From: Macrostomum lignano
Lineage: Eukaryota
Length of the DNA stretch: 64,000 nt
Reading direction: 5' to 3'
Assembly (NCBI GenBank): GCA_002269645.1
Contig: NIVC01001101.1
Span: 62,001-126,000, forward strand
Made by a program: the position numbers and the translations under genes
Shown here: piece by piece, positions 20,925-33,869 of the stretch
How positions within the stretch are numbered: the first letter of the stretch is position 1
Layout: each line of letters starts with the position of its first letter
The notes under the pieces: model-generated
The model's input: only the letters and a program-made list of their open reading frames with translations
Told to the model about the DNA's origin: nothing
Database searches by the model: none

Positions 20925-22762
20925 TTGATCTTCGTCTTCATATTGATCTTGATCTTCGTCTTCATATTGATCTTGATCTTCGTCTTCATATTGATCTTGA
21001 TCTTCGTCTTCATCTTGATCTTGATCTTCGTCTTCATATTGATCTTGATCTTCGTCTTCATATTGATCTTGATCTTCGTCTTCATCTTGATCTTGATCTT
21101 CGTCTTCATATTGATCTTGATCTTCGTCTTCATCTTGATCTTGATCTTCGTCTTCATATTCATCATTGTATTCAAAGTCATCTCTGTTCACAAATTGGAT
21201 TTGCCAGGTTGTCACAGTGACTCGTCTATTCTCCACCCTTGCCACTTTGTACTGAACACCTGCATCTGAGGACAGGATGTACTGCGGAGTCTCGGATGTC
21301 GGCCACAGTGTCAGTGAAGTTGCGCAGGGAGCCAGTTGAAATTCTGCTGCAGAAGAGTTCTCCCCAGCCACGGCATAGGCCTGGTCTTCTGTGTCACTGC
21401 ACAAGCCCTGCGTCTGGCATGGTCCCATACAGAACGACCTTGAGTTGATCAGCTTCTTAGTAATGATGCAGATAGTGAAAACATTCCACCTATCCGATAA
21501 GAACAGCATCTGATCTTTAACTGACATTTTGCTATCTTCTTTGCAAGCTCACAACTGGGTATGGAAAAAGCCAGTTGAACCTTACCAGAGTCTTTCTCGA
21601 CTCCCACAATGGCCAGATTTCTGTCTGGCTCTTTAATTAAAGCAAACAGCTTGTCGCAGTTTCCAGCAATGCAACACAGATCTGTTGCGCCTTCGTGCAA
21701 CTCGGTGATGCAGATTCTTGACTTGAGAGCTCCGCTGAGGTCGGCCACTGTCACCGATGTCTCCTGAGCGATAAACAGCAGCTGTCGCTCATTGTCGCAG
21801 TGGAGATCTCGGATCGGCTGATCGGCCTCCCAGCTGCACGTCAGGCGTCCAACTTCTTTTGCATCATCGGAGAGCAGCAAAATTTTAAACGCCATGTCAT
21901 TCGGGCTTGAACCGCTTTCATCATCTATTGTCGCTGAGAGGAGTTGCTGTCGTTGATCAGCTTCAGGAAGGACAGCTACAAAGATACTGGGCTGTGGCAG
22001 ACAGTCGCTGCTATCCTTATTAGCCTTCTCAATCACACCTGACTGGTCAATGACAAAACCTGTGGTGTTGCTGCACACTGTTAGGCATACTGCAGTTGTT
22101 AGCACCTCTGCCTTGCTTATTCTCTCTTCTGCTCGAAGAGCAATTTCTTCATCAAAACGCCTAGAATCAGCAGCAGCATCAAACTGCTCAGCGAGTTTTT
22201 TGAGTAGAACCAACTCAGCTCTCAGTCCGGTCTCAAGCTCTCTTATTCTCTAGTTCAAATCCGGGTAAGCTGCGATTTCGACTGTCTGACTTTCCTCATC
22301 CAATCTCACCAGATTTGAGTCCAGCTGCAATGTCTTCAGCGATCTCTCCATGCTTCTGTTGATGAGGAAGGCCTGCCTCGTGTTTTTGTCATCCTTGGCT
22401 CTCTTTAGCTCTTTTTCAAAGTCATTCATGTCTGAGACAATTGACAGATGGTCCATGAGTTGGTCATGCTGCTTGGTAACGACAGCAACGAGCTCACTTT
22501 GACACCTGTCCAATGTCTGTCTCAGGTCGGTAAAGGTTTCGTCGAGCAGATGTAGGTCGGATGTGAGTCTCTACTGCATCAGTCTCATAGGCTCCTGGTA
22601 CTTCTTGAAGAGCTGCACTTTGTGGGCTACTCTGGCTTGAGCCTCGTCTACTTCGATGAAGTCTTGCTGCGTGTGCAAGTCGCAGAGAGGCTGGCAGGTT
22701 ACAGGCGACTCGCCAACAGCGGGACTGCGGCAGAGGCGCATTGAACAACGAGCGGATTGCAT
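20925..22762 (-). pseudogene. Paralog G3 of the B-box-like/coiled-coil/propeller family
   Basis: MQSARCSMRLC.. with stops at 22571 and 22250 and a frameshift at ~21530. The acidic repeat is split by RTE copy 2. Confidence 0.85.
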
Positions 22763-23440
22763 GATTTTCTGCTGGTAGGCGCTTTGAGTAGGAACTGCGC
22801 TAGTGCGTTGCAGCTTTTCTCTTCGTAACTTTTATGCTCTGGTTGTAGAGAGGAGTATTCATAGTCTAGTGTGTGCTAGTATAGTATACATGTATTGTGA
22901 TTGGGAAAATACTGTACAGTACTAAATGGGAAGCAGGCATTTTAATATTAATACATTTACGTAGCTTTCCCAACCGTATGGAGAGAAATTACTTAGACAA
23001 CGAGACTTAAGAGACGAAAAGGATCTAAACTGCACAATTGTACGAGTGGGAAAAACTGTCTTACTTGAATAGCTTTCTTTATCGATTTATTCTGCTACTG
23101 AACCGTGCATATTTGTCTGCTCCATTCGACTTATTCCTCCCTACGAGGCAGTGCTTTTCATTTAATCGATCTTAAATAGATTGGAAAAATAGGTTAGAAA
23201 TTGACACTAATTTATTGTGAGAATTAAAAAGTAAATGAGATACGCACGTCAGGGTTATTTTCATTGGCATTAATTGGCTTTGCTTAAAAAGATGTGATAA
23301 GCCGATTCGTTGCTACTACTCATAGTAAATCCGGCGCTCCATACGAAACCATTAATGCCAGGTTATTCCAAAGACCGATATCCGTAGTTGACATCAGCAA
23401 GTTGTGACAGCGCGGCAACCGCAAACATCAGACGAAGGAC

Positions 23441-25008
23441 TTGACCACCGGCTCAACTGGTCCTTCCACGTGAAAGCAAAAGCCAAGCGTGCCTCAGCCA
23501 TCCTGGCCCAGCTCCGACGAGCACTTGGCACTTCTTGGGGTCTATCCCCAAAGCGGCTTTGGTGGATCTATACTTCCGTAGTTAGACCTGCCATTACGTA
23601 CGCCTCTGTTGTCTGGGTTAGCGCTACCCAGGTCAAAAGCCATGCAGACCTGCTCAACACGATCCAAGGCAGAGCGTGTAGGCTCATCTGCAACGCCACC
23701 AAGTCCACGCCCTTTGCTGGCATGGGGGCCTTCCTTAATCTACCGCCTCTTAACCTCTTCGCCAGGGGTGAGGCGGCTAGAACGACGCGGCGTCTAATTG
23801 ATGCCGGCGTCAAATTCATTTACATGAGAGCACCTGCTAAGCGGAACCTTGTCCCGCATAGCGACCTGTGCCTCAACTTTCTCAACGAGTGTCAGGCCAA
23901 TCGCGTCTTCACCGATTGCATTGCCTCAACGCTCAACCTGAGACAGCGCTACTCCGTAGCTATCGACTCGCGCGATAACATCAATGACCAATGGAACTTT
24001 GGTGAGCTTCATAGCTACACCGACGGTTCTAAGCAGTCAGCCAACACCGGCTTTGGTGTTGGAATCTTTCTGAACGGGAGGGTCATCGCTACCCACGCTC
24101 AATACACTGGGTTCAACTCCAGTGTTTTCCAAAATGAAGTTCTGGCCATCAGCTCCTGCACTGCAGAGCTTCTCGCTACTGGCGTTACTGGTAAGAACAT
24201 CATTTTCCATTCGGACAGCCAAGCTGCCTTGCACGCCATCAGTGGCTGCAGCACCAACTCTGCTACAGTCCTCGACTGTATCAAACTCATCAACGTGTTG
24301 GGTTCCGCCAACAAAATTACCCTTAAGTGGGTTCCGGGGCATGTGGGGATCCGAGGAAATGAGTTGGCTGATACCCTTGCAAAAGTTGGTGCCTCTCTCG
24401 GCCCCGAACCTCTTGTCCCGATTCCTGGCTGTGTCATCGACTCGCGCATCAAAGCGTGGATCAGGACTCAGCACCGCTCGACTTGGGCGAACCGCACGAA
24501 CTGCAGGCAATCCAGAGGCGCTGTCCCTCAGCCCTCTCACCAGCTCCGGAAGCTCCTCTTGCGCCTCTCGCGCAGAGACATCCGGGCTGCCACCATGACC
24601 CTCTCTGGTCACGGCTGCTTCTCCAGGCACCAGTACCTGCAGGGCAACGCCAGCAACGCCACCTGTAGTTTCTGCAACTCAGGTGACGAAACCGCTGAGC
24701 ATTTCGTCAGCATCTGTCCCGCCTTCACGCGGGCCAGACTCACTTACCTCGGGCCACACACATCTATTACTGAAGCGTGCAAACCCGAAAACTTTAATCA
24801 GCTCATGCGCTACCTTCGGGCCACCCGCAGGGCTGAACTCTCCTTTCCAGAGAGCACTATAGCTGCTGGCGACACTGGGGGACCTCCCTGGGCGGCGACA
24901 ACCCTCCGTCCATAGCGACGCGTCGGCCGTTCAGGGACTAGCGGAATGGGCGCCCGCGCCTTCCCACTGTGTCCCCTCTGGGACAGCCCTGCAGCTAAGT
25001 CAAGTCAA
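23441..25008 (+). mobile_element. 5'-truncated LOA/R1-group LINE (RT thumb, RNase H, CCHC), 11-bp TSD
   Basis: WGLSPKRLWWIYTSVVRPAITYASVVW, TDGSK, SDSQAAL, WVPGHVGIRGNELADTLAK, CSFC..ETAEHF..CP. (AAGTC)n tail. TSD AGACGAAGGAC at 23430-23440 and 25009-25019. Confidence 0.9.
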
Positions 25009-25708
25009 AGACGAAGGACGAGACGCACTTGTACAGAACGGTAGACGCAGTGAATGTCTCGGAACAGTCGGACGGACCAGCTACACCATGAAATCTGAAT
25101 ATAACGTTTTAGTCACCCCCATTGTTGGGCTCATTGTTGGCCCACAGAGCAGCGTCCACGGTGTCATTGCAGCCGACCCAGTACCAGCCGCCAGCCGGCT
25201 CCGCACTGCCTGCTGGCTGGAGGCCTCCGAGCCAGACCGATTGTGCAGAGCTGTAGTTCGAGCAGATCGAGTCCACGTGGCTCATCTCTTGCTCGCTGGT
25301 CACGTCGGCCATGATGACCAGACCGCTCTCTGACTCGCACTTCTGCCTGCTCTGCAACCACTTCCCGATGCCAGAGTACAGCCTGTACTTCACTCCGCAC
25401 AGGTCCATGCCGTAGCCAGACGGACACAGCGCGCCCGCCCCGAGTCCCGGCCGCTGCTTGACAAACACCCGGCCTCTCCTGGAGCAGCCGCAGCTCCTCA
25501 CCGACTTGCTGCACTTGTCGAACACGTACAGCTGGCACGGACCGTCAGCCAGGCTGAACGCCTGACAGCGCTGGTTTTGAGTGCACAGAGCGGCGCATCC
25601 GACTTTGCTCAGCGTGCTTGAGTAGGTCTCAACAAACTCGCTGTTGATGCAGAGATATCCGTTGATGAGGCCCAGAGCCAAGAACATCGTCAAGAGATCA
25701 CTGCTCAT
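25009..25708 (-). pseudogene. PAN/apple + C-type lectin pseudogene
   Basis: Lacks TLGSDNQQLYV after the signal peptide and has a premature TAA at 25109. The LINE is inserted in the last codons, and the 3' end continues at ~23330-23440. Confidence 0.85.
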
Positions 25709-26531
25709 CGTCTGTGCTTAAGAAACTCCGTCGGTACGAGCTCAAATTCACAGATGGGGCTGCTTTCATTCAAGTTGCAGCTCAGAACTTATGGCTTCTA
25801 TGATAGAGTTTCTTCTTAGGAGCATTGATGCTTCAAGCGTTTAGATTCTACCTGCAGCTCACTGACTTGATTAGCTCTCTGCTCACAACTTTAACGATGC
25901 CAGCAGATTTTGTCAGCTTCAGGGTATGCGTTTAATTGGACATGATTGACGTGCTGCAGCTGTCAGCTTTCACCATTCTTTTCCAATCATCTCGAGTTTC
26001 TGAAGCAGGTGTCCGTTCTCTCAGAAACCGGATTAGGACTTAGGAGTAAATATTCTATTTAAATTTTTCTTGTCAGCTTAGGCACTTCCCACCTTTGCCT
26101 GCTGCCAATCATTTTGTCACGAGAATGCAAAATTCAACAAACCTGTGGGAGAAAATATAACAAGAGACGTGTAACTGAGTGGATAACAGTGATACCCAAA
26201 AAAAAATTTGTCAACATAAAATTATAAAGTGTATAAGCTGAGAGCAGAACTTGATAATTGCTAGATATCCTTAGGAATCTTAGAGAGACGCGCGAGAGAC
26301 GTGCAAGCATGCGGGAAGCCTAGCATTGATGAGCGCATGAAGAAAGGTCAAATATAGCTATTGCTCAAAATCCCTAAAAACTCATGCTACAGTTTGATGG
26401 TTATCACAAGCGCTACTCATTGGCTGATCAGCCAAGCCGTGTTCAAGCCAAATAATGCGACTCAGTTCCAACAGTTGTCATATCCACACACTGTGCGTGT
26501 CTCACTGTTTGTTAACTAATTTGATTTACCG

Positions 26532-27011
26532 ATGCGGCTCCACCCGATCGAGTTGCCGTCTCTTCTTCTGCTTCTTCTGCTTCAGCTGCTGCTGACGGCT
26601 GCCAGTGGAGCCGCGGACGCGACCGGCTGTCCCAGCAGCGCCCGGCAGTCGCTGCAGCCCCTTCATAGCGAAGTCTGCGTGCCGGATTCGGATCGGCAGC
26701 GCCAGATTCGACTGCCGAACGCGCAGCTCATCAACGGCGGCGCCGACCTGCAGTCCTGCGCCCTGGCCTGCGCTCTCCGACCGGCCGTCTGCGCGGTCGC
26801 TCGGTTCCGGTTCGCTGCCCGTCTGTGTCACGTGACCCCGGAGCTGCCGCAAGCTGCCAGCGAGACCGAGGCTGCTGTGACGGCGACTCGAGGTGACTGC
26901 GTGGCGACGCTGCTGAGACGCAACGCATCCGGAGCCTCGGGCTGGCCGTTCGCTGCTCGAATGTCCGCTTTCTTCGACTTCCGCGTCTCCGACCGGAACC
27001 TCGGCGTTTAG
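26532..27011 (+). pseudogene. Truncated PAN + ConA/LamG-like gene
   Basis: Near-identical to the first 159 aa of 39167-40255, then joins sequence homologous to ~41925 (about 2.3 kb deleted). Confidence 0.85.
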
Positions 27012-27859
27012 TTGCAGACACCGGACTGACAGTCAAACAAGCAGCTGTTGCAGTCACTCCCGATCACCTCTGGGTATTGACTCTCGTTATTCCTCAGAGT
27101 CGATTTCTTTTTTTCTTGCTTTAGAAGTAAAAGTTACATCTAAAATTTGGCGATGTTTACAGAGAATTAACATATGCATGGGCACGAAAGTAACCAAGTA
27201 TTATAAGTCAACATCGCGAAACCGGTCCCATTCCTGTCTGATCCACGCATATTGTGCTCCGCCAGAGTTGAAACAGATAGATGGAATGCACCAAAAAATT
27301 GTCTAAATCGTTCTATTAAAAAAATGGGTTTTAGACTCTAACATATGGCTAATTGCTACGAACTCATTTCGCCGCCGCAGGTACTCAGTTCGACGCCCTG
27401 GACTGAAAAATCTTTGATATCCATAACGGGCTACAAGGTGGGCGTGGAACAAAGCATTGGAATTTTCCTCACACAGCTTTTCCCATGTCCTCCCATGTAC
27501 CTACGGTGGCAAAGACTCTGGTTAATTAAATATGCACTGAGACTTTAACATCGCTGACATCTGCTAAAAACTTGTCAATTTTCTCATGTGCGAGCTAAAA
27601 GTCTTTGAGGAAGCATCTTGAGTCGTAAATAGGTTTTTTCAGCTTCCTTTGAACGGCTGAGCCTCAGTTTTGAGTCACACAAAAGGTAAAGAAAAGTAAG
27701 AAACTGCTCCCGTTTGAGCATTTTCAAACAGTTGCATGTTTTCTGCTCAAACAGACAGAAGAGGCACTCGAATCGAAGGCTACGAGTCTAAATTCTGAGC
27801 TGAAACTCTGCTGCTCCTGCGTCTGTCGACTTTACCGTCGCAGTTTCTGAAGCACAGCC

Positions 27860-28618
27860 ATGAGCAATAATCTCTTGACGATGAGCATAAAACTCTTGAC
27901 GACGTTTTTGGCTCTGGGCCTCACGCTCGGCAGTGACAACCAGCAGCTGTATGTTCTCATCAACGGATATCTCTGCATCAACGGCAAGTTTGTTGAGACC
28001 TACTCAAGCGAACTCAACAAAGTCGGGTGCGCCGCTCTGTGCACCCAAAACCAGCGCTGTCAGGCGTTCAGCCTGGCTGACGGTCCGTGCCAGCTGTTCG
28101 TGTTCGACAAGTGCAGCAAGTCGGTGAGGAGCTGCGGCTGCTCCAGGAGAGGCCGGGTGTTCGTCAAGCAGCGGCCGGGACTCGAGGCGGGCGCGCTGTG
28201 TCCGTCTGGCTACGGCATGGACCTGTGCGGAGTGAAGTACAGGCTGTACTCTGGCATCGGGACGTGGTGGCCGAGCAGGCAGAAGTGCGAGTCAGAGAGC
28301 GGTCTGGTCATCATGGCCGACGTGACCAGCGAGCAGGAGATGAGCCATGTGGACTCGATCTACTCGAACTTCAGCTTTGGACAATCGATCTGGCTCGGAG
28401 GCCTCCAGCCAGCAGGCAGTGCGAAGCCGGATGGCGGCTGGTACTGGGTCGGCTGCAATGACACCGTGGACGCTGCTCTGTGGGCCAAGAATGAGCCCAA
28501 CAATGGGGGTAATGAAAATGTTATATTCAGATTCCATGAATTTGCTGGTCTGACCGACTGTGCTGAGACATGCACAGTGTCTACCGTTCTGTGCGAGTGC
28601 GTCTCGCCCTTCATCTGA
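27860..28618 (+). CDS. Secreted PAN/apple + C-type lectin domain protein (EPN)
   Basis: Signal peptide; CAALC..RCQAFS..CQL (PAN-like); CPSGY..SRQKCE..WLGG..WYW..W..NEPNN..EN..D..CEC. Single exon. Confidence 0.85.
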   Translation: MSNNLLTMSIKLLTTFLALGLTLGSDNQQLYVLINGYLCINGKFVETYSSELNKVGCAALCTQNQRCQAFSLADGPCQLFVFDKCSKSVRSCGCSRRGRVFVKQRPGLEAGALCPSGYGMDLCGVKYRLYSGIGTWWPSRQKCESESGLVIMADVTSEQEMSHVDSIYSNFSFGQSIWLGGLQPAGSAKPDGGWYWVGCNDTVDAALWAKNEPNNGGNENVIFRFHEFAGLTDCAETCTVSTVLCECVSPFI

Positions 28619-30114
28619 TGTTTGCGGTTGCCGCGCTGTCTCAACTAGATGAAGTCAACTGCAGAGATCGATCTTTGGAATAACCCAGGTGTTAAACCTG
28701 TTGTGTGGAAAAGGGGATTTACCCTGAACTTAGCTGAACAAGGAACTGGATCATCTCTGTTTTAACTTTCAAGCTATTTCTTATTTTTTGAAGAAATATA
28801 CAGGAATTCCAGTGTTTCGAACTACGCATTGTGTCAGGACGCTGCAAAAATCTTCCTTATTTTTGTTTCAAGTTTTTAGGCCATTTATGATAGTTCGTAA
28901 TCCTTCTTAATACCGATAATGTGTACTGTTATCAAAGACGCTACTACTAAGTCACTGTTAAGCACGACCTTTTTAAATTTCTGTGCTGTCCCTGACTGAG
29001 TGATTCTGGATTTTTACTTCTGGCCCAAATGAAACACTAAAGGGCTTATATAGAATACTGTGAGGCATATTTACGAGATGGAATAAATTATAATAGTTAT
29101 TATGAATTTTACTAACGTTTAGACTTAGAGATTTCATCAAAAGCGATCTAGAAGCCTCGCGTTGTGGCGCAGTTTATATAGGAAATCTTTTCTGCAATAA
29201 ATAACCTCTCGTTCCAAAATGAATGCAGTTCAAACCAAACTTGACGAATGAAAAGACTTCAACCCTTGCCACCTCTCGGGCCTGACATTCACCAGGCTAA
29301 GAGACAGGGTTGGGTGCGCCATTTTATAAAACAGAAGCGCAAACCAAGAGACCGGGGCACCCACAAAAAGATAGACTTCTCTGGATATTTTGAACATATT
29401 TTCACACTTCGTTTTCATTTTCGCAATTTCGAAGAAGACATAAATTTCCGAGTACAAGCAGTTGGTCCAATGTTTAATGCTTGATGCTTGGCACGAAATT
29501 GTCTGGTATGGGTACGCTGAACACCTGCAGTCAGAAACTTCGTGTCTAAAAATGGAGCAGTTATTAGTGTAGGTTCAGGTTTAAAGTCTCTTTGGAGTCG
29601 CTACGTTTGTGATTCTGACAAGCAGGTGTTCATCCTCTACAATAGCTTCTTTTTAGGTAAGTCCTTGATTGCCGCGGGGTGATTCACTTGCACGCTTTTT
29701 CTAGACACTTTGAAACTTTCATAAGTATTTCTAATTCGTTCCACTTGGATTACAACCTTTGCAAAAATGAGCTATAAAACTACTGCAAAAATGACCTACA
29801 AAACTACGACCTTGAACGATGTGAACTTTTTAGTTGGTGTAAAAGCTTACCGTTGTCGCTCATCCTACATTATTTTTTCGATAGCATGCACAGAATAAAG
29901 CGAGATGTATGCAATAAGAGGTACCTCGCCGTCCCTACCCCTCGGAACAAATCAAACGCAACTTCACACTTCAATGACTACCTCACGATACCTTCAATGA
30001 CTATCTAACGGTAACTTCAATGCCCAACAGTACCTCTGTTGACTATCTGATGGTACCTTCAATGACCACCTTGAATTACATGTACTACAGAAACCTGCAG
30101 AGAATGACACTAAC

Positions 30115-31072
30115 CTTTTGAAACTAAGAGCAGTCTCCTCCTGGACCGAGGCCACGATGGTTTTTATCCCCATGCCCGGTCGAACGGACTACCGGTCCAT
30201 TAAATCCTTCAGACCAATCAGCCTAACCTCCTCACTGGTAAAGCTGTTGGAGAGACTGGTGCTCTGGCGCTTCCTCTCCGTAGAGCTGAAGAGCAAGCCG
30301 CTCAGTGAGAACTTGGAGTATTCGTCAATTGGAGTATTCGTCCACTAAAGCTTTACGGGGTGGAAATCCCATCCTGCAAGCAAAAAAGTGTCTCGGCGTC
30401 ACGCTGGACCACAGGCTGAGCTGGTCTACCCACGTTCTGGCCAAAACCAAAAAAGCCCTCGCGAATCTGGCGCAGCTGCGCAGAGTCGTCGGTACCACCT
30501 GGGGCCTCACCCCGAAGCGGCTCTGGTGGATCTACATTGCAATGGTCCGGACAGCCTAGTCTGGACCAGCGCCTTGCAGATTAAAACCTGCCACGAAGCC
30601 CTCAAAAAGGTGCAGGGACGTGCGTGTTGCATGAATCCTGAATGCCCCGCTCTCTGCTCCCTTTAGCGGCCTCAACGCCTTTCTCTTCATCCCGCCCCTG
30701 GACGTCTTCGTCCGCCGCGAGGCTGCTAAAACTACCCGCCGGCTCATCGAGGCTGGCATTAGCTTCAAGCCACAAAGAGCGATGGCGAAGCGCAAGCTCC
30801 TGCCGCACTCTGACCTGTGCCATAAAGTTCTGGAGGAGAGTGGGAGTGCGGCTGTCCTCTCGGAGGCTGAGCCGCGCTCCCTTAATCTCTACCAACGCTT
30901 CAGGGTCACTATTCGCTCTATTGAGAACGCCGACGACACCTGGGCCCCTCAAGAGGTTCACTGTTTCACTGATTCTTATCAATGGCCGCGTGATCGCCAC
31001 TCACGCCCAACACACTGGCAGACTCTCTAGTGTCTTCTAGAACGAAGTCCTTGCCATCAGATCCTGTGCAGC
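30115..31072 (+). mobile_element. Degenerate LOA-like LINE fragment (RT and RNase H start)
   Basis: FRPISLTSSLVKLLERLV, LGVTLDHRLSW, WGLTPKRLWWIYIAMVR; related to 23441-25008; many frameshifts. Confidence 0.85.
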
Positions 31073-31265
31073 TGCATTGGTTTGCATAGGTGCTCGCTAC
31101 CTGTGCAAACCAGCTTTAGTGATCAGCCACCCCCTGCCTTTGTGCACCGGTTTGGAGGGCTGTACTTAGCCCCGCCCCCTCCGCTGGCTATTTAGCTCGC
31201 GTATCAGCTTTGCGCTCACTGTTCTCGCTGCTATAATTTTTTGACAAAAAAAAAACTGCTGAATC

Positions 31266-32184
31266 ATGTCTGACTCTGAGGCCCAAGTTGATCTGTCAGT
31301 GCCTAGCACTGTAAAGGCACTACGTGAGAAACTTCAGAGCCTAGGACTCTCCATGCAAGGCAACAAAGGCAAACTTTTACAGCGACTGCGTACGTATCTA
31401 GATGGTATCGCGTTTGACATCGAGAATGAAGACGACGAAGATGTTCAACGGGTAGACTCTGATGCGGCAACAACGCGAAGAAAGCCCTGCAGCGTCACTG
31501 TGGAGCAGCAGCAGCAGTCGGTGGCCGGGGTCAACCTCGAGGCAACTGGTAGATCAGTGTCAGTTGCAGTTGGCGGCCTGGACGACGAGCTGGCGGAGGC
31601 GGAAAAGAAGCTACGTCTGCTGAAACTGCGCAAGGAGGCGGCCCAGTTACAAGCGGAAGTCAACGAACTTCAGAAGAAGACTGAGCCCCGGAAAAAGCCC
31701 GGTGAGTCGCTGATTAATCTGTGGTCTGACGATGAGGAGGAGGGGCAACAGGAGACCGCTAGGCAGGAGACGTGCAAGGTGTACCGGATCCCAGAGTTCA
31801 TTAGCAAGCGGAAAGAACAGGACGCTGGTATCGCACAGTCACTGTACAGATCTGGTAGGGTCGTCTTAAGTTAAAGAAACTGCTATCGACTCGCTAACGA
31901 TGGGCGGCTGGATCTCTGCAAACGCACGCATTATGTTAAAACTGTTACATGATGGCACCTTGGTTAAGAGCGGGCCAGGAGCAGTAGGTCAACCTGATGT
32001 GTCGGGCTTGCGTGACTACCTGCACTACACTATCCGCATTGGAGAGTTGTTCGACCTCGGCTTTGACAAGGCTCGCGTGATGAGGTTTGATGATGAATGC
32101 AGGCTGAGCCACACTGGCGGGTCGTCCCGGGAATCGCGCGGATCCGACCCAGGACTCGTCGCGACTTACCTGATGGCGCTGTAG
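31266..32184 (+). pseudogene. Ngaro gag-like ORF with an N-terminal SAP domain (frameshifted at ~31875)
   Basis: TVKALREKLQSLGLSMQGNKGKLLQRL matches the SAP pattern, followed by coiled coil and W..AN.RI..L..DYL.Y..RI..L..V..FDD.CR. Confidence 0.65.
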
Positions 32185-32293
32185 GCTCGGCCACTCTGAG
32201 GCGATGGCACACATTGGAGGTGTTAAAGCTGACAGACATCTGCACTGACTGGGCGTCGATTCTGTTTTTAACTCCCATGTTTTATCTACTGAT

Positions 32294-33770
32294 TTGAACC
32301 TGAATGCTTGGATCGAGGAGTTAGAGTTGGTTGATTTGCCGCCTGTTAGGAAGAAGTTTATCCTGGATGGTGTTGCTGAGGGCTTTCGCATCACGAATGT
32401 CCAGCAGGAAGCCCGGAAAACAGTCGAGGTCAGCAATTACGGGTCTGTTACTGCCTACTTTGAAGCTGTCGAGACGCAGATTTTGAGGGAGCTTCATCTG
32501 GACCGCTACCGCCCATGCATCAACGGGTGGCGGCCGCGGACTGTCAGTGCTCTGGGAGCCTTGCCCAAGAATGACGGTCGGGTGCGTTTAATTCACGACT
32601 GCAGTCGACCCGATGGTCTATCCGTTAACTCCCGGTGGGACAGAGACGAGAAGCTGCGCTTCTCAAGTGCAGAAAGCTTTGCTAGAAAACTGTGGAAGGG
32701 CTGCTACATGACCAAAGTTGACCTGAATGAAGCATACCGCGCATGTGGCGTGCACCCCGACGACTTTGTAAACACCGGCCTCAAATTCCAGTTTCACCAC
32801 CATTCTAGACCGACGTATCTGTACGACACTCGTTTGCCGTTTGGTGCAGCCGCCTCGGTCACGTGTTTTCACCGACTTATTAATGCAGTTCATCTAATGA
32901 TGGTACGCCGAGTCGAGTCGTTCTACCTGGACGACTTCGCCTTCTGCGGGACCCAGGAAGACTGCCAGCGTTTCTTTGACCAGCTGATCAACCTGCTGAC
33001 GCGACTAGGCTTCACCATCAATCAAGCGAAGTGCCAGCCGCCATCGCAGCGAATTTCCTTTCTCGGCATTGAGTTCGACACGGTCGGAGGGATCAAGAAG
33101 CTGCCGGACGAGAAGGCAAAGAACCTGGTTGCGTTGATCGGTGTGGAGTCGGCCAAGGTGAGGATAAGCCAGCGGGCACTGCAACGAGTTATCAGAAAGC
33201 TAGGGTGGGCAGCGCGGGTCATCAACTGTGGAAAAACCTTTTTGCGTGAGTTGATTGAGCGGTGTAACACTTTGAGGCGGGGTCAAAGGACGCTAGTCGA
33301 GGCCGGACTGCGAAGTCAGTTGAACTGGTGGAAGGTAGCACTACAGTATTGTAATTGGATGCGGCTGTGGCCGAGCTATGCGGGCGCCTTCGCGATCGAG
33401 TCTGATGCGTGTGGTAGAGGTGGTGCGGCGCTGTTGCGTGGTTCAGGCGGTTGGTGAGACTAGTGCTACTTGGACTGGAAGAAGGATGCGGATGCTGCAT
33501 TCGCGGAGCTGCCAATTAATTACAGAGGCAGCGGCTCCCCTGTTGGCGCTGATGCGTTGGAAGAATGAGCTAAGGGGCTAGAAGGTGAGCATCTACTGCG
33601 ACAACCAGGTGGCTTGCTACATAATAAACAAAGGTGTTTCAAAGTGTCCAGAACTGCAGCGTCTGCTGCAGACAGTTGCGCTGATGAGTTTGCGCTTCGG
33701 CATTAGCGTTCGTGCTTTTTATGTTCGGAGTGAATTTTAGATATTTTCGGATGCCGCCTCACGCCTTCAT
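32294..33770 (+). pseudogene. Ngaro RT-RNase H ORF with internal stops
   Basis: ORF 32294-33457 plus downstream RNase H motifs. Confidence 0.85.
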
Positions 33771-33869
33771 GAGCTTTATCAGTTAGAAAATGTTTTACTT
33801 CGTTGTTATGGGTCGATTTACCTTTATGTTCTCCAAACTCTGCATCTGCACGCTTTTGGCTCGGCCACC

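Noticed and set aside
20925-21181. Apparent N-terminal (MKTKIKIN)n extension of the 1001-aa RTE ORF, and FVFILILI/DLRLHIDL ORFs
   Set aside because: These are alternative frames of the host minisatellite. The element begins at 20924, and the host acidic frame is not in frame with pol, so there is no host-pol fusion.
24037-24630. Long antisense or overlapping ORFs over GC-rich genes and TEs (e.g. 24037-24630, 39161-39778, 51076-51705, 5424-5945)
   Set aside because: Shadow ORFs from GC-rich codon usage, with no recognisable motifs.
27455-27470. GGAATTTTCC as an NF-kB-like site upstream of a lectin (also ~61917)
   Set aside because: Paralogous promoters have GGTATTTTCC, so it is not conserved and chance is likely.
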